A program made the position numbers and the translations under genes. Below are positions 60,801 through 64,000 of a stretch of DNA of 64,000 nt, one piece after another. Source of the DNA: Phoronis australis (Eukaryota > Animalia > Phoronida). The notes under the pieces are model-generated. The model ran no database searches. It was given only the letters and a program-made list of their open reading frames with translations, and had not been told where the DNA came from. Where the stretch lies: the NCBI GenBank assembly GCA_002633005.1, contig NMRA01000001.1:1521755-1585754 (forward strand), read 5' to 3'. The stretch's first letter is position 1. Each line of letters starts with the position of its first letter.

Positions 60801-63517
60801 TAATCACAGACAGATACCTTTAGGTAACCGTGGTTACCATTAGTTGGGAATACTAACTGGAGGTAACTGGAGGTAATTAAAAACCTCCAGTAATGAAAAA
60901 CAGAGCCTTTTCAGTGGTTTCAGTGGTTTGCCTTGTATTGAATGAACTCTCATTCTCCATTGATGCCAATTTTAGTTTTTACATATTTTTTAGACCAGTG
61001 ACAGCCAGATTACCAAGCCAGAATCAAAATTTAGTACACGTTGGTAATCAATTAATTTTGCTTGATTCAAATATGCTCGTGGAATAAACCAAAAAGCTAT
61101 GATTTCCAACACGATCCATGTAACCGCAATAGACAGAACACGAAAGTGCTATGAATAAAATCGATGCTCAAGAATCAAAATCACAAGTACAGGACTCTAT
61201 TGGTTTCGAGTTGATCACTCGTGCACGTAGAACTGAGTAAACAGTTAACTTGTTACATTGTGTTCTGTCCACTTCCAGGAGAAAACCACCTAAATTGGTT
61301 TGTCGGTTAATACTCTCCCAAATTAAATATTTAAGATTATGCACAAAACTATGGGCTCTGTGCAACTGAAAGACTTGAAACGGCATCAAAAGTAAACCAA
61401 TAAATCCACCAGCACCAAGGCATCATATCACTATCCATAGGTATTGTATCTTAAAGAGTTGTCACTAGGTATTGTCACAGCAATCTATGTATTTCTGTTT
61501 CTTGTACTAATATTGGTCTCAATTTTGACCAGTGGCACCTCCGATTATTAGGTGGAAGTAACCCCCTGCATGGCATTAGCTTCCATGAATTAGAGAGGCT
61601 TTGACTAATAACCACAATTTCACAATCATTAGACACCAGGCCAATTTACTCATGGCCAGCTCTTGTATCTATCACAACATCATGCACTCACTGTGCTGGT
61701 TCTTGCATGTAACCCATCAGTTGGAATGATTTAATTTCATCTCACCACAACATGTTCTGCCTGTTCACATCACCAGACCAAGGAAGAGAATCCAACCAGA
61801 AATTGTAAAAGCCACATCCTGCATTATCTCAACATTCAAAAATGCCAAAGAGACTTGTCACAGTGCTGTTTACTGGAGTGGCACCTTTGACATTGCACCA
61901 ATAGATGCTAAAGATTGAGGCCGAATTTACAAGACACCTTTGACACCGTGCAAAAAGATGCTGGAGATTGAAAAATTAAAAATGAAATAGTTGGAAGCCA
62001 GAGTTGATGGGACGCATTCGTAATAGTGCACACAGATGCTGAAGACTGAAAACTACAATTTTGAAATGGTTGAAAATGATGTCAAGGTCACCAAAACAAA
62101 CTACTGTTGCACCTGCCAATAAATGCCGCCTCCCACACCTCGGTACAAAATACGAACAAAATCTTGAGATTTCTTGTGCCAAAACGTGAATACCAAGACG
62201 ATCATAAATACCATGATCTCCGCTTCCTGCCTTTAAAAAATGATAAAAAAACAAATATGTCAATAATTTTCGTCTCATGTTGAAGATATTTAATTATAAG
62301 TCACAACAATGTCCACTGCAGCCAATATGTGTACTGTTTCACATTTAAGGTCTAAAAATAGCAATTGACTGCAGTGCTTCAGGATTCTGCACAATTGACA
62401 TTAACTCCCCCATTGAATAAAGGTCCCGGATCCTGCCGTCCAACAGGGCGTCTTAAAAGGGTCTTTGATTGTGGTCCCATGTATTGGCCAGAAATGCAAC
62501 GCTGACGTCCCGTAAACGTCATAATACGACACCATTAAGAATAAGTAAGGCGCACAACCAAAATTTTCTTCTGTCTAATTTCTCAGCATAAATTGCCAAT
62601 AAGAAAAGTTTTACTTCATTCTCATCATGTTTCGTAGTGTTTAATTGCTGTGAAACAACTGATTCATCATTCTACCAAGCATGTTTTTGATATTACTGAA
62701 GACTTGCCACATTGTCTGCAGTTAACACTGGACCAGCTGATGGAAACATACAGTAAAATCTTTCTAAGTTCGGACAAAAATAATTGCCAAAATTGATCCT
62801 TTTCTTTCTTCAAAGGTTTCAAGAATTGTTGTATGAATGTCCACAATTTCTTACGACAATGCATAAGTTTGCTATGGTATAGAGCTTTAACATATTGGAG
62901 CATTTACAGTAGTTTCAATTTTGATGAAAAAATGAAATTTCACTCATCTGTCCTATTGTGTCCTAAATGGGGTCCCACTACCAAAATTTTAGTACTCACA
63001 TCTCTGCCAAATTGCAACCTTAAATGAGAATTTAATATACAATTGTTGAATTCTAAAGTTTGGCTCAGTGCCATCAACAAAACAAGAAAAACAATCCACA
63101 GGCCTTAAGTAATCAGACAAGAATCTACTTGAATGGTTGACTGACATACTACGTGATGTCACTGGGATAGCCTTCTCAAACAAGCATTTTTAGTGATTTA
63201 TAACATGCCACCCCACGTTGTTTGTAAACAGGAATAGGAATGGCAGGAACTAAGTGCGCAAATGAGAGTATTTCAATAGCAAAGGCACAATGACAAGATT
63301 TAAGATATAACTTCATCACCATGATCAATGACCGACTGAACACAGGCTGAGTAGGCCTCCTGTCTTTTACTACATTGGCACAACAGCAGTCAGATCCATC
63401 CAAAACTCATGATCACCTTTATTTTCCAGATATGCCTCAAGGGGGCGTAGCAAAATTCAAAACTGACCAAAAAGCAACAACAGGCAGGTTTAATAATAGT
63501 TTTTGTCTAAATTAGAA

Positions 63518-63672
63518 GCAAGAAGAGAAAAACAAAAACAACACTTAGAGTACAGCATGAAAACGACGTTTCTAATAATTGACAGATCTTGTGTAATGAG
63601 GATGATACTTGCGTCATATTGAAATGTCGTTTTCGTGCCGCACTCCAGTGTCGTTTTTGTTTTCCACTTCAG
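63518..63672. mobile_element. Inverted repeat (~50-bp arms) with hammerhead remnant, pLTR-like
   Basis: aaaacaaaaacaacacttagagtacagcatgaaaacgacgtttc vs gaaatgtcgttttcgtgccgcactccagtgtcgtttttgtttt; TGAGGAtg...GAAAtGTC between and in the arms. Confidence 0.4.
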
Positions 63673-64000
63673 GCACGACTGTCCGTCAATAGAAACACCT
63701 AGTTAGCACACAATATTGTGGACAAATTGCATTTTCTCAAATTTCTCGATACTGTGCAGATGTCATAAAACAACATTTGTTTAAGTTAACAACGATATTT
63801 GCAGGAAGGTAAAAAATGACAATTTTGGCAATATTTTAGTGCAAAATAACTGAAGCATTGACTGCCGTCAAATTATGTAGCGATTCTTCAAACCATTTAG
63901 TAGACAGAAAGGTGGATACCAAAAACAGAATTGAAATACTACAAGTGCCAACAGGGGCGGACAACATGCCAGAGGTGTGCAAAAATGTGCAGGTGCAGTC

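Overview
This is AT-rich, intron-rich animal (invertebrate-like) genomic DNA, not prokaryotic. Exon chains assembled by hand (GT-AG junctions, consistent phases) give three genes. (1) RALBP1/RLIP76, a RhoGAP plus Ral-binding coiled-coil protein, on the minus strand: 14 coding exons, 21143->5863, about 721 aa. (2) MEN1 (menin) on the plus strand, head-to-head with RALBP1: 6 coding exons, 24051->36597, about 675 aa. (3) The 3' five exons of an unidentified gene on the minus strand, 52067->45683. Five single N bases (7977, 14629, 30236, 32723, 44449) each sit at a 0.65-1.9 kb tandem 'duplication'. These look like two alleles stitched together by the assembler, so the apparently duplicated exons are probably artefacts. 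They do expose a heterozygous Helentron/HINE-like insertion, with both filled and empty sites visible. The most unusual real features are three independent tandem repeats that copy an exon/intron junction and create arrays of decoy splice sites (one array in-frame in MEN1), and several minimal hammerhead-ribozyme motifs in Penelope-like pLTR fragments. MITEs, tRNA-derived SINEs and minisatellites account for much of the recognisable repeat content. All calls are from reading the sequence by eye; no database searches were run.
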